DNA from: Phoronis australis
Lineage: Eukaryota; Animalia; Phoronida
Assembly: GCA_002633005.1 (NCBI GenBank)
Contig: NMRA01000577.1
Span: 1-64,000, forward strand
DNA: 64,000 nucleotides
Direction: 5' to 3'
The notes under the pieces are model-generated. The model was not told the origin of the DNA. It was given only the letters and a program-made list of their open reading frames with translations, and searched no databases. This document shows positions 1 to 14,100 of the stretch, piece by piece; position 1 is the first letter of the stretch, and the number at the start of each line of letters is the position of its first letter. A program made the translations under genes and the position numbers.

Positions 1-1603
1 TATTTATCAGGGACAGTTTGGGATTTATTTTTCTTTAAATAGCACAATTGATGAATAATCTCATACTCAATCACTCAGCTCAACATTTCACAAGCCATTT
101 TTCCCATCTATTGGTATGCCGGGTGTTTGCTGGTGATCATTTCAATCAAATCTTAAGTTAGTTGTCATTGATTTGTTGTTTGGACACTATAGTTGAATGG
201 AACGGGAGATGAGGCTGTCGTGAGAGTTTACAAACCGTTCCTTCTTAGAAATTTTTGTGTTTAGTCAACTTAATTTGTATAAAACAATGCGAAACGCACT
301 CTGATAAAGTAGGGCAAATTCATTTTCATGCTTAGCTTCAATCTTTTTGTAGCAAATTTCACATGTACTATTTGATTATGATGGATTCACTGAGTTAATC
401 AATAAATGCTGGGCCCGATTTTGTGACCTGTAGCTCACCAATACAACCTCAAATTAAGTATGGGGACCTGGTAAATTCTCGCAAGTTGACTCAAAGTTGT
501 CGGATTTTTCTAACCAAGCCAGAAGTCAGACAAATAATTCACCTGTAACTCACTTCAAAATCTGAGGTGAATTCCGAACTTTAAAAAATGTTCCCATAAT
601 CAATACCTTTGGTTCACAGTTGTATTTATTTCGAGGAATCCTTACATCTGCCACTCCCGGCAAACATTCGAGCATGCAGAGTTGTTTTCACCAAAAATGG
701 CAGGGTCCCACCAGGAAAATTTTGTAATCAATATGTTCTGATGGACATGCTTCCTCTTTAGGAAAGTGCCGAATAGAAGACTGGTTGACTTTGCGCTGCT
801 CACGATTTATAGGTCTATTTTTCCATTTAAAAAAGATGAAAAACACTTTTGAGAGCAATTTTCAGTTGACAATTCACCTTGTCTTAGTGAGACCATGTGG
901 TCTCATGGTAATTTTGCCAGGTCGTATTTGGTGAGCTGATGTTATGCTACGAGCACCGAGCCCTGAAACGCTTAGACTTCTTGGGTCACCTGGTAAGCAT
1001 TATCACTGCCGAACTTCTATAGAACTTTAATTGGGTCAAATAGTGAATCGTTCTTTTCCACACAAAACCGTGAGAGACACACGTGTGCAAAGCTGTTTGT
1101 GTTCTTCATGTGTGACGGACATTCCTATACGAAGCCTCTTTCTCCACTGTCTGTTTGAGACAGACACACTAGTACAAAGCCCCTCTCCATGTTGTCCACA
1201 GTCCACCTGTTTTCCAAGACCCCTATCTATACAAAGAGCCGCTTTACATTGTTTGTATTCTATATGTGAATCAGTAACCTGTGTTAAGTCCTCTGTACAC
1301 AGTCAATGTTCTCCACGCGAGACAGACGCACCTGTGAAAGGTCCCCTCTTTACACTATCTGCGTTCTTTATGTGGAAGAGTCTCCCCTGACCACACACTG
1401 TCCATCCATGGAGGGGTTCCCCTATCAGAAGGCACAATCACCTTTCTTCTCAGGTGAGCGTGGCTCTCCATACGAAACGCTACTGTACAACCCTGTCCAC
1501 ATTGTCTATTGGCAGAGATCCACTTGATAACCACATTCTTTTGATGGTCTAGAGAATTACGTTAGATCAACGGGCATGCCTTAACAAAGTCTGAGTCCAC
1601 AAA

Positions 1604-1990
1604 AGTGCCGTCCACGCACAGACATACCCTAGAACAAGTTACTCCTGGAAAGAGTTGTCGCTAGGTTTAATTTTAGACTGTTGATGATATTTAAACTGGT
1701 GCGACTTACCCTTTTGTGACACCTTTCTTCACCTTATCGACTTGTTCTCGTGGTAACTTGCACCACTTCTAATGGCAGTGTGGCCGTAAACCTGGGGCAA
1801 GGAGGAAGTAGTTATCAGCTGCGGTTATGTTGCGCGCTATATTCGCTTCAGCCATTCATTGTCACACACAGAGCGACAACTTCTGCCTTACCCTAGTTAT
1901 CAGATATGTGTGTGTGGACTCTCTACTTAAAAGTGGGGAAAGTTGCACTAGTACAAGTTGTTCTAGGGTAGGCTGTGTGTGGACAGGACT
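1604..1990. mobile_element. MITE with about 33-bp imperfect TIRs (..CCGTCCACGCACAG.. / ..CTGTGTGTGGACAGG), possibly PIF/Harbinger-like
   Basis: 1608-1640 is an inverted match to 1955-1987; a related copy lies in opposite orientation at about 27106-27450. Confidence 0.6.
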
Positions 1991-4900
1991 CATTGGCTTG
2001 GATATATGTTTGAAGAGCACGCTGCAGCAATGTCTCAATCACTCGGGTGGACTGTGGCATCAAAGATGACTATATGAGGATTAATGTGTGGCGCTTCACC
2101 AATACTTCAGTAACATATGGAGTATAAAGACAAAGATGTCTGTATGATTATTTTAAAGAGCATGAGCAACCATTAATGTCTCAATCACGCACAGAGTATC
2201 AAGACAAAGATGGCTAGTTATTATAAAGAGCATTAGCTAGTACTATTTATATCTCAATCACACACAGAGTATCAAGACAACTAACTGATTGCACTCATTT
2301 CTTTCTAGTAATTTTATGTAATAAATGTGATAAAACTGATGATTTGTGATTTAATGAATTTTACTTAGTCTTTCTAAAACAAATACTTGACCAAGTTTGG
2401 TTGATCTTTACCGATTACAATACAACACAGACATTGCACAGATCACATTGTTATGACCTTCACTACACATACAGTAGCTTCCTGCCTTGTGTTACTGCTA
2501 AATATTCATTCCATTTGTACTGCCAAGTTAGCCTGGCATCAAAAACCAATCAGTCTTCAAGACTATAATTTTGAGCTGTCAAACTCAAATTACGAGCAAT
2601 GCGCTCGGTTGCTTGAGACTCAACACTAAAATTATTTTCCGACACAAAATGCTCTTTCCTAGAAATTTAAGCATTTGTTAAAACTTGTTTTATTAAGTTG
2701 TAGAAATGGTCGAGCACGCATAATATTTGATATACACCTCTGTCTGCTTATTCCCGTCAAGGACTTTCTTGACTGTGGCTGGGTACATTCCTTAAGGTAC
2801 AAGTAATGTTTTGGACAGACCTAACTACTACTGGGCCGCCTACGGTAGTAGTATTTTTGGTTCCTTTTTGGATTATGATTAATATCTGTGAAATTCAGCA
2901 GCTGCTTTAATATAAAGAATTTAACAGGTTACAAATTCTTCTAAAGTATCTGACTGCTGTTGTGCCATCTGGTGGTAATTTTTTTTGTGTGGACTTGTTA
3001 CCTCTAGGTCTCCCTTGATGGATCTTCATAGACATATATGTATACTGAGTTTTTATGAGTATCTGGTTGGAGTGTCAGATAAATGCTCACCCGTGATGTT
3101 TGTTTGTGACATTCTAGATTATAGACAGCAGATTCGCAACTCCAACATTTTCTTGTGAAATATCCCAGAGGAGGCGCCACCCTCTAAACATAGCAAACTC
3201 AGCGGTTTGTGTATTGTGACGGGGAAATTCTTGCATCTGTTTTACTGTCCAGTATAGCAGACGGTGTACTCGCTGGAAGTAAAGCATGCTATGTCTGCCA
3301 GGTGTCGCTAGTGAATAGCGACGTCACGGCTTATGCTTAAGATCACAGATTTCGTCCATTAAAAATATAGAGAATTGGCGGTCCATGTAGTATAGTCTAT
3401 GGTGACCTGGTATCACTGGGCCAGGCTATGTCTGATAAAGACTGAGCATTTCACATCAATTGCACCACTTACAAGGCACCTCGGAATGACATGCAGATAT
3501 GCAACAAGAAAAAGTGCAAGTTCTTGTTTGTTTGTTCCTAAATTTCTGATGTCAACAAGCCAGCAATCTACTTCATCCTTTGAAAAATGTGCTGCGCTAA
3601 ATTCTTGCCAATTTAGAACCTTTGATGGCCTATGAGTGGGATTTTATCAATTTTTTCACGAAACATATGTAGCACTAAATTAAATGATTTCCAATGTTCA
3701 AGTTTTGTACTAATTCCACCATTTAACAAAACTTACAGCAATATCGGAGAAGACCTTGAAAAGTGAAAAAGGACAAATTTGACTATTATTTTTGTCTGAA
3801 AGAGGAGATTTTATGGTAATATTACTCCCTCTAACATGAGCACCCTTTGCTGTATAATGTGTGCATGTAGCCGTATGCACTTGTGTCTGAAGTAACGCGC
3901 GTTATGCGTTACTCATACCGTTATTTTTCTGACAATGAGGTAAACGTTAGTAAAAGAATTGGGCTATGTGACCCAAATGATGCCAATAAATGATACAATA
4001 AAACATGCCGCTATTGACAGCGACACCTGCCAATAGCCGTTGGTACTAAATTGTAGCGCCCACGCTATGCTGTTGAATCTGCCCCTTCACTGTGAAGTTC
4101 ACTAATGCGTTGTTAACGAAATTGGTCCAAGACCGAAGTTAATCATTTTTACCGACTGACACTCCTCAAAACAGACACGTCAGTGTTGATGTAAAATAAT
4201 AATTTCAAAATAATAATTACATTAAGTCTCGCACACGTTGTACAAGACGTGCGCAGGCCACTCAGGTGGGCCTATTTTACTGATCACCTGGAACATTGGT
4301 ATGAAAGGCCTTTAGTTTGTCATCTGCTGATGAGTTAAAGTCTGTTCCCTTGAAGTTTTCTTGCAAGAGCTTCACTTCATTCCAAAAGCCAAAAACTGAG
4401 CTTATTTTCTACTAAAAGATTAGTTGCCACTTTCAAGCATGGTTTGATTTGTGTCTCGGTGTATGTGTCATAATTCTGGAAATAGATGCAACTTTGCGCA
4501 TAGGTTTGTTGTTTGTGCTGTGCACTGCCAGGGTACGTACCGGTAATAACACTGTGTAGGTCTAGTTTTGGTCATATTACTAAGCAGAATGCTAACCGTT
4601 GATTAATGTTCCATGCTGAGTCGAGAAATCAATGGAGACTTGTGATCGTCTCTGTCTCGTTTTGCCATTAATTGCATTCAAAGATTACTTAGGTATACCT
4701 GTAGGCAATCAAGTGATCTGGGATGTGTTATATCTTTTATTACTAAGGTCAAAATGCAAGGCACATGCAGGTATTTCCAGACACACACAAGATTCATTTG
4801 ATATTCTGGACCCTGAGAAAATTGGCTCAAAAGTAAACTTCCAAATTTTTCGAGAATTATGCCATGCCATTAGTTAAGTCCGAGTCAGTCTGAGGTTGCC

Positions 4901-6020
4901 ATTTAAAAATTTTTGATGAAAGATTCGAGATGCATTAGTTTTTCACAAAATGACTTTGTTGTTAAATAACACCAGTCTTCTGAAATATTTGTGTGAAAAG
5001 GTAAAACAACCAGTTTATGTTGAATTACGCAGCTGTGTAAACTAATACCATTGTTCAAGCAAAGAGCAATGAACACTTTCATGTTACTTAGAGTTGGGGG
5101 GGGGGGGCAAGGGGGCCATGGCCCCCTCTAAAATTCTCCCAGATTCCATTTGGCAGTTCTAGGTTGCGATTGTATGACGGGCAAAATCCTGGCTCTGCCT
5201 GGATCTGGCCCTGTAAGTGGGTATCTTGGAAAAGTGTAAGTTGCGTGATGAGTTGGTGTGACTCGGAAATAACATGTCATCTGATTTCTTCATGTGTTGC
5301 CTGAGCACTAATTATTTTTCCAATTATGGTCAAATGTCCATGGTTGCTAAGGATCCTTCATTAATGCAGTGTCATAATTACATCCGTTGCCATGGTAACA
5401 CCGGTACATTAGCGACGTGATCTGACAATAAGTTGGACATAGTTTATTGAACTGTTGCTACTCCCATATTGCAATTGATGAAAAACTGTGCTAACTCGTG
5501 TAACTTGCAAATCTAAAAATACTAAACTGAGGGTCATGTGTGTCCACAAAGTGTGCAAACTGTGCTTTTTAGGTAACAGGTGGACATTGGTACATAAACT
5601 ACGCTATGAAACACTCTTAAGCAGTTATTCTAGTTGTTTGAAATAACGTTTTTCTTGGTTGAGCTGTTTCATTGTCAAGTTGAAGGGACACCGCAAAACA
5701 TTTGTGTATTTCACAAAGCATTGAATTACGCGACGTGGTTGGTACATTTGTCATATGGGTGGGGGAGGGCGGTCCCGTGCTTTAGCCTGTAATGCAACAG
5801 AACTACACAAAGATCGCAAAATTAGTGGAACGGAATCTTAGAAAACCGACAGAAATTGCTGTTCATTGTCACATTAAGACCTACTGATGATTGTGAATCT
5901 TAGTTATTAATTTTAGCACATGCGCGTAATATATCTGTACCGATAAAAGAGGTTTTTCATAGTTCGCGACGATGTTGAGCAGGTAAAAAGTTCACTATCT
6001 ACGAGCTTGTTGTAGTTGAT

Positions 6021-6415
6021 TACTCAAATGTTTCCACCATAATCCAAGGGTCTTTTTCAACGAGTGGATTACGCGTGCTTTACAGAATAAGGTCATATAC
6101 CCGCAGAGCTGTAGACCTTGGTCTTGGTTTGTGGTGGGCTGTCTGTGTTCTGGATGAAGATGGCTTCTGTAACTTTTGTACAGAACCATTGTATTCCTCT
6201 CTGACCAGAAAGAGGACCCTTCCCACATCTGCATGGCTTCTTTAACTTTTCGAGAGAGCCAATATTCCTCTCTAGCTAGAACTTTGGCATTGTCCCTACT
6301 GTGGCCAGTGTTGATGGTGTGTTCACCAATGCCATTGGGTTTGTTCAACTTGTGGTGTTCTTTAGTTCTAGTCCCCGGAGTGCGTTTACCGTAGTTTCTC
6401 GTATGTAGGTGTGGG
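6021..6415 (-). mobile_element. Decayed Penelope-like retroelement 3' fragment (GIY-YIG endonuclease C-terminus plus degenerate hammerhead)
   Basis: Minus strand reads HTYIRET..(frameshift)TRTKEHHKLNKPNGIGEHTINTGHS..KVLAREEYWLSRKVKEAM, the YIGET/R..EH/EH...GH/R..KEA pattern. Confidence 0.7.
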
Positions 6416-7727
6416 AGGGGTGTGCTGATGAAATCATTGACTGAAAAGTCATGCCCTACTCAGTTCTCAGAAAATTATGCATACCTCTTCAATTTCTGCG
6501 TGCACAAATACGCACCATTCAATCTCTATTCAATTCCTCTTGCCAACGAAGAACGCAAGAATAGGTCTCTGTGCTGTACACTGGAGGCATGTGCTTCACG
6601 GTCCGATCTTGCCTGATTTTTGCCGAACATTTATAACTTTCCTCTGTTTATTTCCTATCGTAATTTAAGTGCGTTTGATGTGTGGATGGCAAATGCACTG
6701 ATTTCTAGGAAAACTGTTTGCAATTTGAAGTTTGGAAGTTACCGCAAACTTTTAATGAACAAATTTCGGGAGAATTATTGTCGGCAAAACGAGCACTGTA
6801 CCTCGTGAATTTTAGCTCCGTTAATTGCACACTGTTCAATTTCTAAACCGCGTTTGTGCAAACTAAAACTTCACAATTTATGATAGTTTACCAGCAAATC
6901 TAGATGTACTGTATGACTTAGAAATTGATGCATGCAAGAAATGTGGTCTATGAAGTTTTTGTATGGTTGATTTGTTAAAAAATATGTCATAAGTAAACAG
7001 ATCCGTGTATTTATAACTGGTACCATAGATAGTGTCTCATCTACATGAATTTAAGTGATTTCTAAATTTCGGTTTGTAGAGGTCTTGGTGGTAATGCCTT
7101 AGATCAAATCAACTTTGGATCATTAGTAGGTGAAAAGCAGATGGAACCTTATGGCTGTGGTCTAGTGTATCTATGGTGGTGCCGTGTTTTTTTAAAGGAA
7201 AAAAGTTCAACTGTGTTATCAGGCATGGAGGTGCCATCAAGCTATTGTCAATAATCGAAGTCTGTGTCTGAATGATGTTTGTTATCTGCACAGGTACAGC
7301 ATTTACTGTAATTACATAGAGATCTTATTGAGTATTTTGTAAATACCAGCCCTAACTCATCTAACTGATAAATAATTACACAGTTAAGCAAACACATGAT
7401 AGCAATAACTAATGGAAACAAATACATTACCTGCTTGTGACTACAGCCATTCTCGTGCCTATGGCTGGTTCTTGGGGACTCTGGTAGGTGTTGGACCTGG
7501 GGGTGCTCTGCTAGAGAGATTGATAGAGTCGTACCTTGTGTTGGGTGACTCATTCTATTTATTAGACACGTCCCATTCTAATGACAACATCCCTATTGTA
7601 ATCACAAACCATTGAGCATCTTGTAACGTAATACACTTACCACAACATCAAACCCCGTTTCCAATGAAGTTTGGAGCCAATTTACTTTGAGACTTTTCAT
7701 GCCGATCGGTGCAACTTGTTTCAAAGA

Positions 7728-7947
7728 CTAGAATGTGGATGTCGTGATCAGAATGGGGACATGTCATGATTAGAATGTACATGCCTCATGATGAGAATGG
7801 GGACATGTCATGATTAGAATGTACACGTCTCGTTATCAGAATGGGGACATGTCATGATTAGAATGTACATGTCTCGTGATGAGAATGGGGACACGTCATG
7901 ATTAGAATGTACACGTCTCACGATTAGAATGGGGATGTGCTATGATT
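7728..7947. repeat. Minisatellite, 44-bp unit of two ~22-bp subunits, about 5 copies
   Basis: gaatggggac recurs at 7751, 7795, 7839 and 7883. Confidence 0.9.
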
Positions 7948-8056
7948 ACATTTGTAACCAGGTAAATTAGGCGAAATGAAGCTTTAACTTTTACGCAAAT
8001 TGATGGCAATGTTTTTTTTTTTGTTTTACTGAGTGGCTGTTTTCCATTTATTTCAG

Positions 8057-8107
8057 GTTGTAAGTTCAATAAAGATCTGTGTTCGTCACAAGAAGTCTGC
8101 ATAGATG
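8057..8107 (+). CDS. PTPRN: IA-2 exon: N-terminal Cys-rich (RESP18-homology) motif, (G)[16 protein letters not shown]
   Basis: tttcag acceptor, gtaagt donor, 51 nt, phase 1-1; matches the family pattern GCLF..LC...EVC..DGLFG.C together with the next exon. Confidence 0.9.
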
Positions 8108-11100
8108 GTAAGTTTGTTGTGTGAACCTTTCAACAGTGTCACGGGCTTAACATTAGCAAGTGTTTGATATTCCTTTCTGGCCAGCTGCACCTGTGCTTTG
8201 CTGGTGATGAGATCTGTCCCATGCAATCAAATGGAAAGCTCCAACAAGGCCATAAATGATACAGGCATAGCAAAGTGATACAAGCAGATATCAGGAACAG
8301 CAGCTGTCGTGACAGACTGGATGATTGATGCCACGAAGATGATTTATATACCAAACAATGGCCATTGACTAGTAGAGAATGGGGAACTGGAAATTCACTA
8401 GGTGTCACAAGCGAGGGACCTTCTTGAAATGCCTACGGTTGGCTAATCACGGGGGTCCATTTTCACATGAAGGCCAGAGCTGTGTTAATCTTTCTCAATT
8501 GTTAACTTTCACTGTTGATTTTACATTAGGCACCCTGATGGATCAGTTACAAGACACAGCACAGTGTATGGTCAACTCATTGTCATTAATTAGTGTAGAT
8601 GACTGTGTGTGGCGTGGATCAATATCTTCAGCATCAAGAGAACAAGTCAACTGCCTGGTTCCCAGGTCATTCTGCTTTCATGGTTCGACTGTGGAAATAA
8701 CAGTTTAAAAGTCACTCAACATAATGTGAATGAATTTCTCTGAAATCGCCAGATAACAGGGTAGAACTCTGGCAATTGGTTGTATAAATATACACGTTTG
8801 GAACGATAGGTCTGTGTAATAAATGACCCAAATAAAATCAGAACAAAATTAATGTTATTGTAAACTACAATCTTCCTAAATTACTTATCGGTCCAAAAAA
8901 GTCGCTATTCTACCATTATTCTGCTGCTTAATTTGTGGAGCCATAAAATAAAGCGTCTCACCTATTGGCCAATTTCTTTTTTACCGACTCTTCAAGCAAC
9001 TGTTCTTCCTTTAGGTTGCATGCATTTCACAACAAATTATGAGAGTTGGTTTCATATTATCACAAGTTTTTAGTATTTTATTAGCAGCAAACCGAATCTC
9101 AGAGCAAATTTTGCTTCAGCAAAGCTGACATGACCTCCCAAAACATTGATTGCCATAAGCAGGTTCATTGTGGTTGAAAGTTTTTTTTTTTCTGGTCAGA
9201 TGTCCCTACAGAATTTGTATTTAAGTGCTTTGAAGTTCTTAATGTGAGGGTCAGCTTTTGTTTTTAATTCATCTGACCATTGCTTGTGGAAAGGTGATGC
9301 CTGAGTGGGTGTACTGCTACAACACTGTGAAGGGCTGACGTCATTTAGGTTGATACTTATTGGCAATGCACGCTTCATTTTAACTCACTTGGGTTTCTAA
9401 TTACAAAAGTGTTCGAAAAATGTGGTCATGTGTTTTTTTCCTTTATTGTTGTGATCAAGCTTTGCCAGCGATCAATCTATGGTATTGTTACATGCCAAAG
9501 GTGCAAAAGGCTGCGAGTGGTCTAACTTGAGCAGTCTTAACCATCTTAATAATCACAAGAATATCAAACAACAAGTCAACATTCAAGAGCAGTTACTGGA
9601 CAATCTTGAATAACTCGAGTAAGACAAGTCGCAGCGAGACCCGAATGACAGTCCGTATAGCCTTCGACAAGATCTATCTTAATACACCAAATTTCAGATA
9701 AAATGCTCTAAAGACTGTGAGCCCAGACCACCGCTGAACAAAACATTGCTGCTCTATCGCCATCTTGTGGCCGATCTCAACCAAAAACAATAGGCTTCAA
9801 GGTATCGACGGGACACACATTTCGTGTCGATTGGAGAAGAAGTGCGACCTCATAGCATATTCCTCGTGCACATGGGCTTCTTGCAAAGATGAGGGGAACT
9901 GCGGAACCCTATCTTACACGCAGTGCATGAGACCATGTTGTCATGGTTACATATGAATGAACTGACAGAGGCCACAACCACTCCAGTTATAGTTGAGGTC
10001 TGATTTAATCCTTTGTGCCTTGCAACTCGCTGTGTGATTGCTTTGAACAACACATTATATGTTTCACCATGTTCACTCATCAGATAACTGTTCAGGAAGA
10101 CTATATCAGGAAAGGTCAAGTGTCAAAACAATGATTTTTATGGGATTTTTTCTGAGTAATTGTAGAAATACTATTATCCGAGTATTCGAAATTTTCGTTC
10201 AGATGATAGTACTAACTACTCTCTATCTGTGGTATGCATGAAACCTGATAAACAGTGTACTTCTTAAATCACATTAAAAAATATGTTAAAGTACATGAAA
10301 ATAGTTGTCCCTTCCTGGTAATGTCTTCCTACTACAAGGAATAGTTTATCCTCACACATTTTGTCGTATTTTCCAGATGACCTGTTTGGCAACTGTCAGT
10401 CAAAGAGATCAGGGAATTATGATCTGCGGAGCTATGACCTTGACCTTGACACTCTAGAGCAGCTAGAGAAGTTTCTACGTGATCTTATCGATAGGAAGTA
10501 TTCTTGGCGCAGCTTGTACACACAGTGTATGGTGGCCGGAACTCTATTTGCATTCCGCAACGACGTGAACTTTAACCCCAAAGACTGTAAGGAGGCGTTT
10601 GATCACAACTCGGGTGATAAGATAGACGACGAGGTTCTAGAATTTATACAAAGTTATTATGACGATTTAGATGACGACAATTCGCCTAGTTTAGACAGAA
10701 ATCGTGATGAGTCGATGAACAGAAATTATGCCACTGTTCACCGGTACTACGAGCCAACGAAAAAGAAAAATAGTTTTTATCTGCCATTAGATTCTCAAGC
10801 GCTATCGAGTAAAGATGAAAAATCTCAGGACTACTATCAATTTTTGAAATCGCTCTCTCCAGAGGAATTGAAAATTCTTGAAGAGTATGTGTTTGGTGAG
10901 AGCGGAAGAGACCTCAACTCTGAGGTTGAAAGGTCGGAAGAAAACAAGGCACAGACCAATAATCAAAAAACAACGAATGATGGTATGTGGTGTCTGCTTT
11001 TTGGCTACTCATCAATTTCTCTTGTTTCCTGTGCAAAAAGTATTGTTTTTGGAAATATTTGTGAACTTGTAGTTTCTGGTCACTTAGGCACTTGGTTCCC

Positions 11101-14100
11101 GGCATTCTCAACTTAACCACTGCCGGGAATTTCCAAAAATAGGTCCACCCAAAAAGTACGGCCGTGAGCCTATTTTCGGAAAATTTTCCAAAAGCATGAC
11201 AACGGGCGTATTTTCGATAATTGTTTTCATTTGAAACTCTAATGAATTGTACTGAAGTACGTACTTAATACGTTTTGACCTATACAATTACATTTTGGGA
11301 TCGCAATTTCACTCAAATGACTGTCATTTAATGAGATATTGAATGACTTTGTTGGTAACTGAGTGTATTAGAACAGAATGAAGGACAGTTTTAATGACAT
11401 ATATATTCCAAAAATACGCCCAGCCATATATTCCGTTTCAGCTGACATTTTTGAAAGGTAGTTTTGCGAATATGCACTCATGGACATATTTTCGGAAATT
11501 CTCGATAATATTGTTACAATGTTACATTAGTGTGTCTTTTCACCTCTCTGTTTGTGATTTGGCTGCTGAAGATGACGCCAAATGTAATTAGGCAAAATTT
11601 GATTTCCCCATGGTGACTGGTTATGGCTCATCGTACCTACTACTCTGTCGGTGCGCTTGCACTCAGTTGTGACGCAGAATTGTGGGTAATTTTGGCCTAT
11701 TTCCTTTGGCATGTAGTGCCTCGGTACACAACCAGGTGGCACCAAAAGTCATGCTACATTGACTAGTTGTTGCTTCATGACGCAAAAATTCGCAGTATGC
11801 AATCGTATGGACTTTAGGGACTATGAACTATCACTCATGTGGAAAAGTGAAATCAGAGGTCTTATTTCGCTAGGCAACTCTAATATCTTAACACCCATCC
11901 CTAATTGTGTTCAGGCGTGAAAGCTCATGTCATCCATCTAACAAAGATTTGCTGATGGCAACTGGGGACAGTCTGTCACCAGGTAATTACACTGCTTTGA
12001 TGCCATTAATGTCTGGTATTGTTACAACCTGCATCCAAATGTCTTATTAGTGGTCTAGAGAGTTGGTAGCAAGAAAAACGTAATATTTTGCCTTTATCTT
12101 TGGACAAATTCAGTTGCAAATCTTAACTTTTGCTCTGTGTGTTGTCCAGGTTTCTTGTCTTGTTGCAGTTTGCCTGACTTGTAGTATATGGGTTCTTGAT
12201 AGGGCCCATGTTTGAACTGGCCCAGTTTAGCACTACTGTGAATCCTAACTAGTTTTATTTTGTATGGCCATTTTTGGCTATTTCTAATTCTGTCGAAGGG
12301 AAGAAAATGCGTGGCAGTTTTCACATGAAGTTGACGAAAGCAGCTAGGACCAATTAGGACCAATTATTTCATATCGGTGTCTGCCTCTCTAACTTTGGAG
12401 ACTAGCAGAACTGGGGTTAAGTGAAAATTGACACTTGCGCCACCTGGGTCTTAGACATAAAACATTTCACAACCAGCCACAGTGAAATCATGGCAGTTAA
12501 TTTCCTATGAACCTAATTTGACTGTTTACTGTTTCTATTGACTTGCGATAAGTAAACCTTATCAAGTACAATAAAGTCAGTCCACCCTCACATTTACTTT
12601 CCGGCCTCGTTCAATATGTCTGACTACAAGGATATTTGAAATCAATACAGAGGCACAGTCCATTGCACTGTGGCATGGGTTATGCTATCCCTAACCTGCT
12701 ATTGAGTAATGATTAAAACTGGCCCAGGGTTCATAGATAATGAATCCCTGTATTACGTTGAAATCATCCTGGTTTTAAATAATTTTAAAGTAGGGTTTAG
12801 GGTTGGATATACACCTACTTACTGTAATTCACTTATTTCGCACAAAAATAATTATCATAATTGTCACTTTTCGATTTTTCAAAGGTTGATTACTTTATTG
12901 GAAACGATGGAAAATGTAACAATTTTTTAGCATTCCATGCTATGAATAGGCTAGAATTTTCTTAATCTTTATTTTTGTGGAGAAATTGGACAAAGTAAGA
13001 TGGCACTTGTCGGCCATATTGTGTGCTAAAGAAGTGAGGAATTACCATAGGTACTGATGGAGGCTTGTGTGATAATCGACAGAAATCATAGTACACCATC
13101 CTGTTACCACTCGGGAGGAGCAGAAGCTGCTCTTCTGTTCAATTATCTCCAAGTTCTTTATTGGTGTTTATTTAGATCATAAATAGTAGTCTTAACTGGG
13201 CTTTCTATCACTTATCAGGCTTTAGACCTGTGTTCCGTGCAAGAAGCGAACTTTTGATTTTGACTGGTCTCAACTTGTGATGTGGCATGATTAGTAGGGA
13301 GAATATGTTTGTCATTGGTCTCTCGAGGCATCGGAATAAGAAATAATCACTTACTGAGAGACAAATTAGTTGGATGCAGACGTTTTGACCTGGTCCGCCA
13401 GGCCTTTGTCGATGAATGAGGAGTTTCCCGCCTTTCGCATGTTGAGTATTGTTGGAGTACAGGGGAGGTAAATGTAAACTGCGGTGGGGGTTCAAAAGGG
13501 TGCACTCCGTGCTGATGTTTATGGATTCTTTGATCTTGCGTGCAAACCAATTCTGTTCTTTGCCGATGGTCTTAGATGAGGCAAGGGAGATGGAGTGCCC
13601 AGTTGCCAATATGTGTTCACCCACAGCTGTAGGTCTGTCTAATTTCTGGTTTTCTTAGAATCTGGTAAAAACGGTCTTTTGGTTTTCCCAATGTAAGTGT
13701 GGTTGGGGTCCTGGTCACTCGTCAGCTGGTAAATGACCCCACATTGGTGGGTTTGCAAGTTACCATTATCTCGTTATTGGTTGACATAATGCTCAGCGCA
13801 TACGATGACTTTGGTGATGAGCCAACTTGCAGAGCTTGGTCTCGATCAAGGACAGACTGTCAGTTCTTTCGAAACTTTTAAATCCATTCACATCTAAGTT
13901 TACTAAAGAGCAATTTGAGACCAATTTCGAAACGATAGGTGGCTTAAAGTAAGTTGTGGTTTTTGTGATGGATGGCAAGTTTGAAGCTCCTTTGACTCTC
14001 TTCCTCGGTCCCAAACAAAAAAGGCTGTCCTAAAAATAAATATTATATTGTTTGTGAATTGTGCTATTTGGATCTCTGGGCAGCTGAACGCGGAAGTACT

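Noticed and set aside
944-992. ATG..CCTG|GTAAGC, a phase-1 donor compatible with the IA-2 exon at 8057 (MLRAPSPETLRLLGSP)
   Set aside because: Only 16 codons and no hydrophobic signal peptide, so it cannot be supported as exon 1.
1031-1527. ORFs of 119 aa and 73 aa in a degenerate repetitive region
   Set aside because: No recognisable domain or splice context; looks like decayed repeat.
4440-4553. Hydrophobic open frame ending at a possible phase-1 donor (..LRIGLLFVLCTARVRT G|GTAATA)
   Set aside because: No in-frame ATG after the upstream stop, and a weak donor.
7412-7495. Signal-peptide-like frame (YLLVTTAILVPMAGSWGL) about 600 nt upstream of the first found exon
   Set aside because: No ATG before the hydrophobic stretch, and the gtaggt donor has the wrong phase.
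9336-9343. CRE palindrome TGACGTCA (also at 42964-42971)
   Set aside because: Two 8-mers in 64 kb is close to chance expectation; no independent support.
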